Shown here in pieces: positions 1-14,258 of a stretch of 64,000 bases of DNA. Made by a program: the position numbers and the translations under genes. The DNA lies in the NCBI GenBank assembly GCA_951406725.2, contig OX597825.1, positions 42,284,001 through 42,348,000 on the forward strand, read 5' to 3'. Numbering within the stretch: the first letter of the stretch is position 1; each line of letters begins with the position of its first letter. The DNA comes from Octopus vulgaris (Eukaryota). The notes under the pieces are model-generated. The model was given only the letters and a program-made list of their open reading frames with translations. It did no database searches and was not told where the DNA came from.

Positions 1-720
1 AAGATGACCGACGATCAGGCACAAGTTTATAAAGCCATGAGACTGGAAAAAAGTCATCTTATCCTATGTCAGATTGCTGAATGCATACTGTTTTCCCTGA
101 TGAAAAGAAGTTGGCATCGAACAGTCAGTAAACCACCAGAATGACTGACTTTGGAGTATATCTGACTCCATCAAAGGCAGACTCATAAATTAACGTCAAA
201 ACCCACAGTCGGTTATGATTTGGATGGCTGTGACAACCACTGGAGGGTCTCCCTTCATTTTTGTGCCCTTGGGTGTTAAAATTAACACCCAGCAATACAT
301 TAGTGACATTCTGGAAGCTGAACTGCTTCCATGGGTGACTGAGCACTTTCAAGACACACCTTGGAGCCTCCAAAAGGACTCAGTACTACGCTGATGACAC
401 TGGATTCAGAAAAGACATTCTGTCATTCCTAGGCAAAGATATATGGCCCTCAAGAAGCCCAAATCTCAGCCTGCTGGATTTTTCTGCTTGGTCCATTTTG
501 AAGGTGAGGGTCTCAAGCACTCCTCATACTTTGCTCAATGCTCTGAAGGCAAAACTGCACCAGGAATGGGTTTCAATTCCACAAGAACAGCTGCATACCA
601 CGTGTGAAGTATTTGCACCGAGACTTTAGGCTGTGAATTGAAACAGAGGTGGTCATATCGAATAAATGTGGTAGTGTCATAATTATGTTTCATTTACCAT
701 TGCATTGCAATGCTCAGACC
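1..720 (+). mobile_element. Degenerate Tc1/mariner-superfamily transposase remnant (3' part; runs off window start)
   Basis: Manual translation across stops/frameshifts gives TDEK, VMIWMAVT..GGSPFIFVPLGVKINTQQYISDIL, QKDS and WPSRSPNLSLLDFSAWSIL (cf. WPxxSPDLNPLDF motif). End approximate. Confidence 0.75.
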
Positions 721-778
721 TAAAATATAGCAATATTTTGGTTTGGCAAAATTGAAAAGATGTGGTTGATTTAATTTT

Positions 779-1320
<542 letters not shown>

Positions 1321-1592
1321 TAAAAACAAAAAAGATAAAAAGGTGTGTGTGTGTGTGTGTTTGTGTGTGTATCTGTTTTATTGTCAAATGCTCTGAATTT
1401 CTCAAAATTCTTCTAAGCGATATTTGGATCTACTTGTCATACATGAGGATTTACCTGCGATCTGTATTCTACATATATTTGCCAGTGTCTGATTGCTGGA
1501 TACTGTAAACCAAATTCTTTTAAAATTGTTTTATTTATATCTGCTTGGATTTTTTTAACCCCTTTCTTTTTGCTCCTAATTATATACATATA

Positions 1593-2464
1593 ATGAGGCA
1601 AAGCAAAAGTTTTGGAATATTTGCATACGTGCTATTTTGTGTCATGTATATTACATGATTCAAGTGATTCAAGGTACCCACTAAAGCTGGTAATATCATA
1701 GTAGTTGGTGCATTGACACGTACATTTCTTCACTCCATATGTGAAGCTGCACATATAAACATGCAACATCGTCTAATTTGGAAACTTAAACTCTGTAAGT
1801 TCAAACTGGCCATAATGCCATGGAAGCAACCAAAAATATTTGTTGTGTGTAAGGTGAAAGCACAGTTGATCATAGTACAGTAACCAAATGGGTTGAGAAA
1901 TTGTGCATGGGTTGCAAGAACCTCGATAATCATGAAAGTTTAGGTAGGCCTAAAACTCTGGATTCATAAGGGCAAATCTGGCAAGTAACACTCAGAGAGT
2001 ATCAGAGAAGCTTGGCAACTTGTGGATACATGCATTTGTATGGCAAAAATACTCAACATTGTCTAACAGACAGCAAGTTCTTCTGCAGCAAAACAACACG
2101 AGTCTCATAACACTTAAACAACCCAGAATAAACTCCAAGAACTTGAGGAAATCAAACTGATGCAACACCCAGTATACTGTCCCTATGTAGATCCCTTTGA
2201 TTGTTACTTGTTCTAATTCATTGCTCACTTTCTGCACTTGCAATGCTTCATCAACCAAGAAGACATGGAAGATTCAACAAAGGAGTTCTTCACCTCAAAA
2301 AACAAGAACTGCAATCAGCATGGGATCAAAGAACTGGCAGAAAGTTGGCTTCAGATAGTGTAATATGATTGCCTCTACTTTGAATGCTAGACTGCTTTTG
2401 TTTTAACTTGATGACTAAAGCAAATAAGTTATCAAAATATTGCAAAACTTTTGAGTCAACACAA
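1593..2464 (+). mobile_element. Internally deleted mariner element
   Basis: Imperfect TIRs (GCAAAAGTTTTGGAATATTTG / CAAAATATTGCAAAACTTTTG), TA-flanked; remnant HPVYCPYVDPFDCYLF matches mariner HPPYSPDLAPSDYxLF. Confidence 0.75.
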
Positions 2465-2486
2465 TATCTATATCTATATATATATT

Positions 2487-2570
2487 TATGTATGTATGTA
2501 TGTATGTATGTATGTATGTATGTATGTATGTATGTATGTATGTATGTATGTATGTATGTATGTATGTATG

Positions 2571-2619
<49 letters not shown>
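2487..2619. repeat. Compound (TATG)n/(TA)n microsatellite
   Basis: Direct reading. Confidence 0.95.
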
Positions 2620-2622
<3 letters not shown>

Positions 2623-4122
2623 TTTATTTATTTATTTATCACTGACATTTGAGAAAGCAACTTTAATTTTAAGTTCATGACCATCAAAATGTGAAAGAAC
2701 TAAACAGATTATTGAAATTTTTATTGCCTCATTGGAGACTAGGTTTGAGATTTTTGGATTTACTATGACACATTTCTGTTTTTATTTTCTTCAAATAATC
2801 ATTACACTCTAATTAACTTTCATGGGTTAAAAAGACTTTTGTTCCGAGTTATGAAGATATTTTAGTGAAATATACTATGTTAAGTGCCAATAAATCTACA
2901 TGTGCAATGATTAAACTGGAGGAAAGCATTCACATATTAGAGCCTCTAGCCAGTAAATTCACCTTTATTCAGCATCCTAACTTGGTATGAAATCTCTAAT
3001 CCTATGCAAAAAAAGATAATTATTGTTATTTAACGTTTATTTTTTGTTGAGATATATTTCATTTGTATTGCCAAAACCCTTGTGTCTCACTACTACCATT
3101 GATTTTTGAGAGTTTGAATAGGAAATACTTCCATTTTTTAAAATCTGGTTTACATTATATATATATATATATATATATGTGGTTGCCTTTTATTGGCAGC
3201 AGACAATGTTAAATTAATCCTAAAAGATAAAAATCAAAAGTTACTTACAAACTTCTTTTATTCTGTACGTATGGTAATAATTTGTCATTTCAAAGAAGTA
3301 GCTCTGAAAGAGTATTAGAAAAATTACTGAAGAATATATGTAGTTGTTCAATGAATTTTCTGGAATACTTTGGCTTTGTTCCACTGTTTGTGACTCAGAT
3401 ATTATGACTGTTATGCCAGAGGAATTATTAATATTTAATTGCACCCTATCTTATATCCCAACTCATTAATTTTTATCCTTTTATCTATTATTTGATTGAG
3501 TTCCATCTCGAATGTGATACTCTGAGCTCGAAACTTGACAAAGTTCTAGATTAAGAACTACAAAAGTTTGATTGGAATAATATACTCTACACATTACTCC
3601 AAGGCAAACACTACAATCAGTCTCATCCTGTAATGAACCATTTTTTACAAATTTGTTTCTATTTAAGATTAAAGAACTTCAAATATATCAAACCATATGC
3701 AAATCATTGAAAACACACTGAATTACATAGAAAATGTTGGTATAAAATTGTCCCCCAGTCCCACAAATTCTCGTTATTATTTCTCAAAATAAATAAATAA
3801 ATAAATAAATTGTATCTTCTTATGTGGGTTTGGGTTTGTCACAGCCCATTATCATGTATATTAATAATTGTAAAAAAAACCTATGCCCTGGAGACTATTA
3901 GGGTTCTGAGTATCAATGCTTCTTTAAACAATTAGAGTTCTGAGAATTGGTGCTTCTTTACACAACCTTTTATTTTTTAGAAATGAAAAGCAAATACTAT
4001 TAATATTAATGATTTCTTTTTTTTTTTTTGGCTGCAAGGGTCCAAGACATTGCAGAATGTATAATGCTGAAATACAAAGGAAAAAACAAAGAAACAACAA
4101 AAAAAAGCAGTGGGAAACTTAC

Positions 4123-4202
4123 ATTGAGTAAAAGAGTGAGATCAACAATAACCACAAAACACATTAGTAAATAAAAAACTCCATAGATGTAACAGCATAG
4201 AA
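4123..4202 (-). other. Candidate 80-nt host exon (hydrophobic LCCYIYGVFYLLMCFVVIVDLTLLLN)
   Basis: Minus strand ttagtttgtag| acceptor and |gtaagt donor; one of three frames open. No homology recognised. Confidence 0.25.
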
Positions 4203-5569
4203 CTACAAACTAATGATGATGATGATGATGATGATGATTGAAATTCTCACAATGATTTCCAAACTACTTCTTCCTCCCAGACGTCTATTTCTTCAGTAAA
4301 CATCATTCTTACTTGCTGTTTATTCTTTTATTTACTTCATTTCTTAAATTCTTTCTAGAGTCTGGATTTTGTCCTCAGTGAACTCTAATTTTCATTCTTA
4401 AAAGACTTCAATACTTTTCCCATATAATTTACTTCAAGATAAGAGGAAAAGGAGAGTATTATATTTTTCCTTTTTGTTAAAGAAATCTTTTTTTTTCTTC
4501 ATTGAAATTTTATTTGTCTTTTGTGAGTAAAATTTTTTTTATTACTTTATATAAATAATTTCATGTTTATCTCATTAGAAATTAAATATAGCCTCGTAGT
4601 GCTAAAGCATATAAATTTTATTTCTTATGAAAAAATATTTTTACCACAAATTAAAAGAAGATATTTTTAATAATTTTGAAATGAAGATTTACTGTTTTCA
4701 TTTTCTCAACATCTTTTCCAGATTTCTTTTTAATTTTCTTTTTCTTATGAGGTTTGCATGCAGAAGGAAGCCTGTTAAACAATTCAGGGAAATGCCCAGC
4801 CTATCATTTTTCTCTATTTTGATTTTATCTTTAATGTCTCTTACATTAGTTTGAATTTACTTGGATGTTGGATGTTTGCCAGCCAAAGTACTTGAGATAA
4901 TGTACAACATTGTCTTTTTTGTGCTCTTTCTCTGCTTCTTTACAAGCTCCTTATGGTAACTTCTTTTGATCTTTGTTCTTTTATTTAACTACTATGTAAT
5001 TTTCTCCTGTCTTGTATTTCTCTTATCCTCCTAAACATTCATTATAGGAAACTTTAAATCTTTCCCTTTTCCATCTATTAGAGGCCTCCAAACTAAATAC
5101 AGTCAATGAGCCATGGAAAGATAAAAGTCTGAAAGATGCTGTATAATAGAAGAACATTAATTCATTAAAGGATCCTACTGAAAGCCTATCTAAATGGTAA
5201 CAGTTCTGTCCAGATGCTTTCAGCTAAGAATTTTTAATAGTTACATGAAAACCAGCCAAGATAAAGCCCTCACTCTCTACCTTTAGCCCTGAGCTCCATA
5301 GCTACCTATGGGCGTGCTTCTGGTCTGCATCAGCTTGTTTGCTATATAACTGCCATGCAGAGGTTTTTGTTCCTATCTATCAGTGAATTATTCAAACACA
5401 TTTTGCTTTGCTATTGATTTCACCTTCTCTGCAACTACAGTTACTGCACTTCCATCTTGCTGTTCAACATAGGTATTATTCATGAACTCACTTGAAAATT
5501 TGTTGCTCTCCTTCATAACAGAATGAAGCTTCTTATGTCTTTCATAGTTTTCAATGTGCTTTAGCATTC

Positions 5570-6350
5570 AAAATATTTTGCCAGTCCAATTGTGGTGGTT
5601 TTGTAAGAGATTTCAAATTGGATCAGCCTTGACCGCCTTGAGCTCTGAGTAGGCAAAAACGATTTGCGTCTGCCTTTGGGTGGTGCATCATATTGCAAGT
5701 CAGCAGCTTGTGGATTTCCTGTCAATCTTCCTTATTTCACTCACATTCTAGTTCAACACATTGAAACTGTAAATAACAACCAGAACAGCTAAGGAATTTA
5801 TAGCTAACACCTTGTTATACTCATTTAACTCAGATTTTAAGACTACTCGAACTCTCCTGTAACACTCCTTCCTGATCTTTTTCATACGTGCATGCTGAAT
5901 GCCAAAGCCCTAATTTTTTCCAAGGTATTTGTAAGTTTGTTCCTGCTTGAGTTCTTTTATGACTCTGTCAATATCCAACACCACTAAATGTGAGGTCTTC
6001 AATTTCCCTTTCATGAAAGTGGCCTTGGCACCTTTACCAAGGCAAAATTCTATCCCATGTCATCATTGAATGCTTTCACAGTACGTAGCAGTCCTTCAAG
6101 CTCATTATCATCTTTGCCATAGAGTTTTAAGTCATCCATATAAGATAGATTACTTATTTTCATGTGGTCAATTTTATATCCATACTCTGTTCTGCTAAGT
6201 TCACTTGTTAGGGGTATTAGGGCTATGCAAAGAATTATAGGTGAAAGTGAGTTACTTTGGAAAATGCCACAGTTGATATTAATATTTTTCATTGTCAGTA
6301 TTCTATGATAGTGGTATAATTGGAGATTTGTATTCCACACTGACATGTTG
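5570..6350 (-). pseudogene. RT fragment of an RLE-type (R4/Dong-like) non-LTR retrotransposon
   Basis: ORF 6050-6496 contains GIFQSNSLSPIILCIALIPL and NLSYMDDLKLYGK (RT motifs QGD-SP and YMDD); continues with TYKYLG in another frame. Confidence 0.8.
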
Positions 6351-6397
6351 CGCTTCAGGAAGTTTATTATTATTATCATTATTGTCGTCGCTGTCAG

Positions 6398-6430
<33 letters not shown>

Positions 6431-6639
6431 TATTATTACTGTTATTATATTTTCATTATTCTTGCTTTGTTTTATAGTAGCTGTTCCAAATTTCATCCAG
6501 AGACTTCAAGTAACTGCAAGTTAAATATTTTACTATGGGTGTTATTCATAATTAGCAATAATACAGTGTATTTGAAAGAGGTCAGAATCTGAGAACTAAG
6601 ATTCTGTTTTATTTATAATATTTCATTTTTGATAGAGTT

Positions 6640-7150
6640 TTAAGAGAATCAATGGGTTTTTAAAGTTGATAATATATTGCTCAAGATGTGGGCAGTACAC
6701 ATGGGAGCAGTTTTTTGTAGATCTGATGCCTTGAGGTTTCCTGATATTTGGCTATAGTGTTTAAGAGTGTCTTTTGATACTGTCCCCACAGCTCCAATGA
6801 TTAAAGGTACAGTTGCTGCTCCTGGATGCCACATATTTACTCTTGTATTAACTTAATTTAACAAGTAATTTTTCAGGGATATTGCTGTCTGATGGGATTG
6901 ACATATCTATGAGCAGACATGTTTTGTCTATGTGATTTTTTACTATAATATCTAGTCTATTGGCACTATCAATTTGGATACAAAAGTTTCAAAGAATGGG
7001 GATATTTTTCTTTTCTGCTATTTTGGCAGGTTTGTGTTCCCACCAGGTTTCCTCAGCAGATGAGGCAGTGCATTTACTGGCTTAGTCTATTTTCTCAAAT
7101 AATGTATTCGTTTGTGACTAGTATAGAGCAACCAGAAACAAAGTGGTCAA
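6640..7150 (-). pseudogene. C-terminal restriction-like endonuclease fragment of a similar non-LTR element
   Basis: DHFVSGCSIL, ANRLDIIVKNH..CLLIDMSIPSD and VPLIIGAVGTV resemble the zinc-knuckle/PD-(D/E)xK region of R4-type ORFs. Confidence 0.65.
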
Positions 7151-7238
7151 TTCCCTTATTATTAAGGTGGTAAGCTGGCAAAATCATTAGGAACTGGACA
7201 AAATGCTTCACAGCTTTTTCCAGCTTTATGTTCTAAGA

Positions 7239-8649
7239 CTAGTTTAAGGTGGCCCACTCTACGCATGGGTGAGGGTGTGGTTGTTCCTTTCTGTTGCTTC
7301 CTTTCTGTTTCTTATCACCACATTTGTCCCTCTTTGTTTCTCTCTACTTTCTCTCTCACTTTCCCGCTCTCTTACTCTTCCTTTCTCTCGGACTCTCCCT
7401 CGCTTTCTCTTACTCTCTATCTTTATCTATCTCTCTCACATTAATAAAAAACAAAAGATCTTGAGTAAGTTGAGAAAGAAAATATTTTGAAAGATCAATC
7501 ATAAATATCAGGCAGTGACAATGGAAAGCACACTTGCCTTTTGTACGTGTCACTATTTGAGAGATTAAATATAAGAGAAAAAAAGATTTCTTTGTTAAAT
7601 TTAGTAACATTTTTGGGAATTTTTTGTCAATTGACTATGCAAATGAAAGCTCTAAACACAGGCTACATGCAGCTGTAAATTTCTTTCAGAACAAATGAAA
7701 ACTGTAAACAACAAAAAATAAAAGGCAAAAATACGTAAAAATGAGAAATTTTTTTCAACTTCAAAAATCTTGCCTTAATTTTCAAAATTTTGAACCCATT
7801 TTCCACACTTAAATTACAAATCCGCTTCCACTTTACCATGTTGAAAATTTGATTAAAATCGGGCAAAAGATGTCCAATCTAGACCCCCAAGTATCCCCAA
7901 AAATCAATAAAATCCCTGTTTTCACAGCAAAGCAACCACTGTAGCGCCCCAGAATGTCTCCCCATCAATTTCTCACCTCAAGTTACACACTCCTGTAAAT
8001 TTTAATCCCCTTCCAGCCCCAGTTAGACCCCTTTTTACATAAAAATCCAATTTGTATCAACGTTTGCCTTCTTCATTTTATAGATTAGATTAAAGATAAC
8101 CACCTCTAAACCCCGGAAGCAACACGAAAAGCCACCGTTATTCAAACAGCGCAACCTGTCTATCCCATAAAACTCAATTTTTCCAATTTTCCTCACCATG
8201 GCAACCAAACAGTAGCCCCGAGCGACTTGCAGACCTCCTCACACCATTGCCCACCCCAATTTTACCCCCCAGTGTAAATTGTGATGCCAATCCGACCCCA
8301 TCTACCGTTCCCATCCCAAAATGAGACAAATAGCCAATAAATCAAACAACTTTTTTACATTTCAGCTTTATAGATATTGATTACTGTCACTAATATCTAG
8401 GGATTGATGACGATAATATATTAAGATTACATCACTAATGTTGAGGGGTTAATGGCGATAATATTACCATCACTAATGTCTAGGGGTTGATGACGATAAT
8501 ATATTAAGATTACCGTCACTAATGTCTAGGGCTTTTACATGTCCCTGTAAATTTTGGCACTAATCCGACCCCATCTACAGGCCCTTAAACTGTTCCCATC
8601 CCAAAATGAGACAAACAAATTTTTCGCATTTTAGCTTTATAGATATTGA
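7239..8649 (-). mobile_element. Non-autonomous Helitron-like element with repeated 5' ends
   Basis: On the minus strand it begins TC (8649), ends CTAG (7239) after a short CCCA/TGGG hairpin, and sits between A and T with no TSD; 5'-terminal motif recurs at ~8090, ~8380 and ~8649. Confidence 0.75.
8379..8530. repeat. ~45-bp minisatellite (about 3.5 units) inside the Helitron
   Basis: Unit GATTAC(C/T)GTCACTAATGTCTAGGGGTTGATGACGATAATATATTAA repeated with small indels. Confidence 0.85.
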
Positions 8650-8831
8650 TCAGATTCTGCTACGGTCAACTCTGCTCTCATTCTTTCAGAGTCAGTAAAA
8701 TAATTACAATTTGTGCACTGGAGATGATGAAATCAACTAGCACCTTCCTCCAAATTTTCAGGTTATGTGTTTATAGTTGAAAGGAGCTTTATTCTTCTTC
8801 TTCTTCTTCTTCTTATTATTATTATTATAAT

Positions 8832-9387
8832 TGAGTGAAAGAGCAGTGCATGCCATCAAAGTGACACTGGGGGAAAATATACAAAGCCCTGTATACCCAT
8901 CATGACTACCCGTCTGATAAGGGTACACCAGGCACACACATCACAAGTATATGTGCGCGACATGGTGATCGCATATCAAGATAAAACCTGCATGACTTTG
9001 CAGGTGGGACCCAGTTAGAATTTTCTTCTGGTCGAGTAGCCCATCCCACTAAGAGGGTCCCTGAATAAGGATTGTTTAAGGATGTTGAACAAACCACCCC
9101 TGTTTCCAAAGGTGAATTATTCAAACCTCTAAGAATTCCTTTCAACAAACGGCTATGATGCTCACCCACTACTTCTGCTTGTGTTCAGAGATGCACCTGT
9201 CGTCAGCCACTAAGGGACATGCTCAACTGGTTAAGATCAAACAACTGACAAGCAAATCTGTGGTATTGAGGAGAATATATGCTGTAGCTCATCTTTTATA
9301 CCAAGACAAAACAATGTACATGATAACACTTCCAATCATTTAAGATAAAAAACCATGAGAGCCACTGACTGGTACTGCATCAGGGCA
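8832..9387 (-). mobile_element. ~555-bp non-coding retroposon copy 1, embedded in (TAA)n
   Basis: Highly similar to 12531-12980 and 12991-13547; (TAT)n on both sides. Strand inferred from an (AAT)n tail. Confidence 0.75.
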
Positions 9388-9434
<47 letters not shown>

Positions 9435-9572
9435 TTTTTTTTTCTTCTTTCAAATTTGCTTCCATTTCTTGCCGAGTGTCTTCCCGACTCCTAGGGCAAA
9501 GAAACTCATAGTATACATTGGTAGGCCATTAAACCAAACTCAGTAGTTCGTTCATTTTTTTTTTTTTAAGAA

Positions 9573-9649
9573 TATTATTATTATTATTATTGTTATTATT
9601 ATTATTATTATTGTTATTATTATTATTATTGTTATTATTATTATCATTA

Positions 9650-9698
<49 letters not shown>
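9573..9698. repeat. (TAT)n microsatellite
   Basis: Direct reading. Confidence 0.95.
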
Positions 9699-9949
9699 CA
9701 TACTTCCAGTTGGAAGGCTAGAATGTCAGTGGAAACTTGACAAATATTTTTGTTATTAAAATTACTGTCTTCGTTGATATTATTGTTTAAAAAGGAGCAT
9801 AAAACAATAGTCTTTGTCCCCAGCAAAAAAGAACTAAATAATATTTGGGCCTTGTACCCAAATATAAGTATTTGCAAAATGTTTACATGTTCACAAGCAA
9901 GAAATGGCGTGGAGGGACATAGCTTTTTAATACAAAACAAACCAGTTTG

Positions 9950-12390
9950 TGATCACAGGAAAAAGTCATGGAAATGTAATTTTTGCTGACTCAAGAAACA
10001 ATTTCGGGGACAAAATTGATAATGAATCCCAAACCACCAAAGACTCTATGGACAGCAATAAAATTAACCGCAAAGAACAAAGAAATGTTTTGACTGAGAA
10101 AAGCGACACAATGGAAACCACGCGATCACTCAGTAGTTGAAAAGACAACAAAAATGTAACTGCCAACTCCCAAAACAGAAATTATGTGGAAAATACCATG
10201 ATAATTGATAACAAGATAGAAAATAACAACTCCAACAACACAGAGCAGAGAATCTAAACAGAAAACAATAACAGAACAAATAACGACAACAAAAACATCG
10301 ATGAGAACACAACCGATACCAACGTTGATACCAGCAGCAGAGAGGCAGGTGTATTTGGAAATAACAATAGCAGTAACAACAGTGAGAGTGGAACAATCAC
10401 TTTTGCAGCAGCAGCAGCTGCGAAATGTCAACAAAAGTACAAGGTGATAGACATCTCCAACAAAAAGAGATGTGGGCCCTGGCTCACAAACTCATAAAAA
10501 GAGAAAAACCTGGGCGAACCTTGTAATCCCAACTAAAGTGGAAGTAGAAATTGAGAAGAGTACAGTAAAGTATATATACATCTCGGTGCAGTCTTGGAGA
10601 GCAGAACAACCCTCCCACCTTCATGTGGAGATGACACTGAGATCAATCAGAGACAAGGTCAAATTTATTCAAAGGGCCTGGAGTTTTGGTACCATCTCAG
10701 TCCTTTTTAAAACAGAAGAGCTGGCTATGAAGCATTGGGTGGGATCCCGTAAAACTGACCAGCTTATAATGTACCCATCCTACATGGGTAAAAGAACAAT
10801 GAAAGTTCGAATAACATCAGGTATCATATAGTGGCTCGTGGGATGTGTCATTGGGGAAGGCAGCAACACTCTCCTCCTAAAAGTCCAATGGACACAAAGA
10901 GAAGACTGGGAGGAGATGGATTTTGAAATGATAATTCAAATAAAATTACAAGAGTTGAACATCCCAGACTATGTCAGCCTCAAGCACGCTACCCTCAGCG
11001 TAGGCCTCCATTGACACCAACACCAAGTCTGGGAAAACAAAAACAGCACCAGTTGTAGAAAGATCACCACCACCAACAGGGAAAGCAGCAAAAACAAGTA
11101 ACAATGGTGGTGGTGGTGGTGACAGACATAACAACAGCACCAGCAAGAAAACCGCCGAGGAGGTCAACCATGAAACCAGCATCTTGCAACCAAGCTCGAC
11201 AACTTCCCCTCCTACAAACAAACACGTAGAAAAGATACACACACAAACACGAATTCACTTCCACATAGAGAGGAGGAGGTTGCAACAAACACTGGTTCTA
11301 CGATATTGGAAACTGATGATGAGGGGGAACAGAGTAAATAAAAACAACCTAAAAGAAATCACAGAGGCAAGACATCTTGTCCTGGACCAAAACAAGATAA
11401 CAAGGAAACTACACCCACACCCACAACAAACGCAGACACTCAGACAATTCCTGCAGCACCACAGTCATCAACTAAAGCACCACAAGCACCAAAACCCCCA
11501 CTGCAGGCAAAATAAAAAATCCCCAAAAGAAATACACACCACAAATGCAACAAGAACAGCAAAAAACAATGAAGCAAGCAGCTAACTTTGTGTTAGTAAG
11601 GAGAGCCAACAAAAGCTGATGACCCTCTTATCATGAAGGGACACTTTCTAAACAATTAGGGATGCCTTTTCAGACAATGTCGGGATCCCTCAAGTAAATA
11701 CCAATGCAAGACTTCTACAAGGGTTATCAAAGGAACCCAACGAAGAAATGGAGGTGGGACCACCTGATCTCCAACGGTACAGGAAGGATAAGTAACGCTC
11801 CTTTCTTTCCTTCCTTTGAGGCAAATATGGCGGTGCTAAGAGCAGGCTGCATAAATGTATGAGGCCTGTGGTCATCCTGGAAGCAAGGTTGCTTGCTCAA
11901 TGACCTCAGATGACTGAATTTGGAGATAATAGACATCAGTGAGACCAGGATCGCAGACACACGTACCTTAGCACCTATTTTTAAGGATTTTAGTCGACCA
12001 GGAATGATAGGTGGGGTGGCAGTGTTGTTCAGAAAAAGCCTGGATCTCGAGATACAGTTGGTCTTCCTGGACCTGGAAGGTAAGTCGGTGGTCTTTGACA
12101 TGAACGATAATGAAGGCAGTGCTTTTAGACTGGTCACTGTGTATGCTTCGGCTGGATTGAAGCAGCTGGATTTCTCCAGACGTTTGGAGGTCTTTCTAGG
12201 GACGTCTTGTTCTTCAGTGTTAGTGGGTGACAGCAACGCCATCTAGGATGCACGTGTGGATTTGGTGGAGTTAGCGGAAAGAAAACGTGTGTGCAACCCT
12301 CGCAAACCTGCTCAGTCGTTTCCAGCTGGCTGACAGGTTCAGATTGGATTACCCACATGCCCCAGTGTGGACATGGGCAAATTGCTTGTC
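9950..12390 (+). pseudogene. Decayed L1/Tx1-like LINE: ORF1-like low-complexity region followed by an APE endonuclease remnant
   Basis: 11840-12390 reads GCINV*GL..., ISETRI, GGVAVL, VYA, VLVGDSNAI, TW (APE motifs); the upstream A/C-rich broken ORFs fit an ORF1. Clade assignment tentative. Confidence 0.65.
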
Positions 12391-12530
12391 CCAAAATTTG
12401 AAACCATTATTATTATTATTATTCAGTAGTCATATTTTTATCACATACTTTCTCTGCACTACTGAGTGCAGCTTTGTGTGCCTTAGGTATGTGCTGTGGT
12501 TTGTTGTGGTGCTCTTATTATTATTATTAT

Positions 12531-12980
12531 TGAGTGAGAGAGCAGTGCATGCCATCAAAGTGACACTGGGGGAAAATATACAGAGCCCAGTATACCCATC
12601 ATGACTACTTGTCTGATAAGGGTACATTAGGCACATGCATCACAAACATATGTGCACAACATTGTGATCTCATATCAAGACAAACAGCACATGACCTTGC
12701 AGGTGGGGCCCCGTTAGAATTTTCTTCTGGTTGAGTAGCCCATCCTACTCAAAAGGTCACTGAATAAAGGTTTTTTAAGGATATTGAACGAAACACCCAT
12801 GTTTCCAGAGGTGAATTATTCAAACCCCAAAGAGTCCCTCTCAACACATGACTATGATGCCCTGCAACTACTTCTGCTCATGATCAGAGATGCACATATT
12901 ATCAGCCACTAAGGAACATGCTCAACTGGTTAAGATCAAACAACTGACAAGCAAATCTGTGGTATTGAGCAGAATATTTA
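12531..12980 (-). mobile_element. (TAA)n-associated retroposon copy 2 (truncated)
   Basis: Same sequence as 8832-9387, lacking the last ~110 bp; directly abuts copy 3. Confidence 0.75.
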
Positions 12981-12990
12981 CCATTATTAT

Positions 12991-13547
12991 TGAGTGAGAG
13001 AGCAGTGCATGCCATCAAAGTGACACTGGGGTACAAATATACGAAGCCCAGTATACCCATCATGACTACCCATCTGATAAGGTTACACCAGGCACATGCA
13101 TCACAACCATATGTGCGCTACATGGTGATCTCATAACAAGATAAACAGCGCATGACTTTGTGGGTGGGGCCCAGTTAGAATTTTCTTCTGGCTGGGTAAC
13201 CCATCCCACTCAAAATGTCCCTGATTAAGGGTTGTTTATGGAAGTTGAATGAAACACCCATGTTTCCAGAGGTGAATCATTCAAACCCCAAAGAATCCCT
13301 CTCAACACATGTCTATGATGCTTCCCCACTTCTTCTGCTCGTGACCAGAGATGCACATATCGTCAGCTACTAAGGGACATGCTCAACTGGTTACAGTCAA
13401 ACAACTGACAAGCAAATCTGTGGTATTGAGCAAAATATTTGCTGTAGTCCATCTTTTATACCAAGACAAAACAATGTACATGATAACACTTCCAATCAGT
13501 TAAGATCAGAAGCCATGAGAGCCGCTGCCTGGTACTGCGTCAGGGCA
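12991..13547 (-). mobile_element. (TAA)n-associated retroposon copy 3
   Basis: Full-length match to copy 1; flanked by TTATTAT and (TAT)n/(CAT)n. Confidence 0.75.
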
Positions 13548-13574
13548 TTTATTATTATTATTATTATCATCATT

Positions 13575-13614
<40 letters not shown>

Positions 13615-14193
13615 CCATTATCATCATTATATGATGATGATGATGATGATGATGATGACGACGACTGTGATGGTGACAATGGTGATAGTGGTGATGGAAT
13701 CTTTTCAGGTTTTTCCCTTCTTTTTTAGTTCTTTTCCTTTTCACATAATATTTTCAGATTTTCCAGCCGCTTCCATTCAATATGAATATGTTTATACTTC
13801 TATCCATGATTTTTAGCATTAAAACTTTTTCTATCTTTTTATTTCATTCCACTTATTTCCAGCATCAATGATTTCTATTTAAAATATTGTCCAATGACTA
13901 ACAAATAAACACCAGGTACATGAAAACCTATAGCTGTGAGAAATAGTTAATTTGTGGTATTCATTTTCCCCTAAGCATATTAACAAAATAAGTGGAACAA
14001 TTTAAACTTAGAAATGAAAATAATGTGAATTTACTTTGCCAACTATCTCTTCATTTCACCTATATATTTTCTATGCTACATATCTGTATGTACATCTATG
14101 TATGTGTACTAGTGTGTGTGTGTGTGTGTGTGAATACACACACACATACATACACACATACACATGCATACATATATATATATATATACATAC

Positions 14194-14255
<62 letters not shown>

Positions 14256-14258
<3 letters not shown>

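Larger units (their letters stand above)
7165..8780 (+). mobile_element. tRNA-derived SINE split into two halves (7165-7238 and 8650-8780) by a Helitron
   Basis: The joined halves (AGCTGGCAAAATCATTAG...TTCTAAGA|TCAGATTCTGC...GGTCAACT) align with the uninterrupted copy at 23608-23827. Confidence 0.7.

Noticed and set aside
3241-3444. 67-aa minus ORF ending at a GTAAGT-like site
   Set aside because: Weak acceptor and no homology.
8379-8530. CRISPR-like appearance of short repeated units (also 17925-18150)
   Set aside because: Tandem units without unique spacers, no cas genes, eukaryotic TE context.
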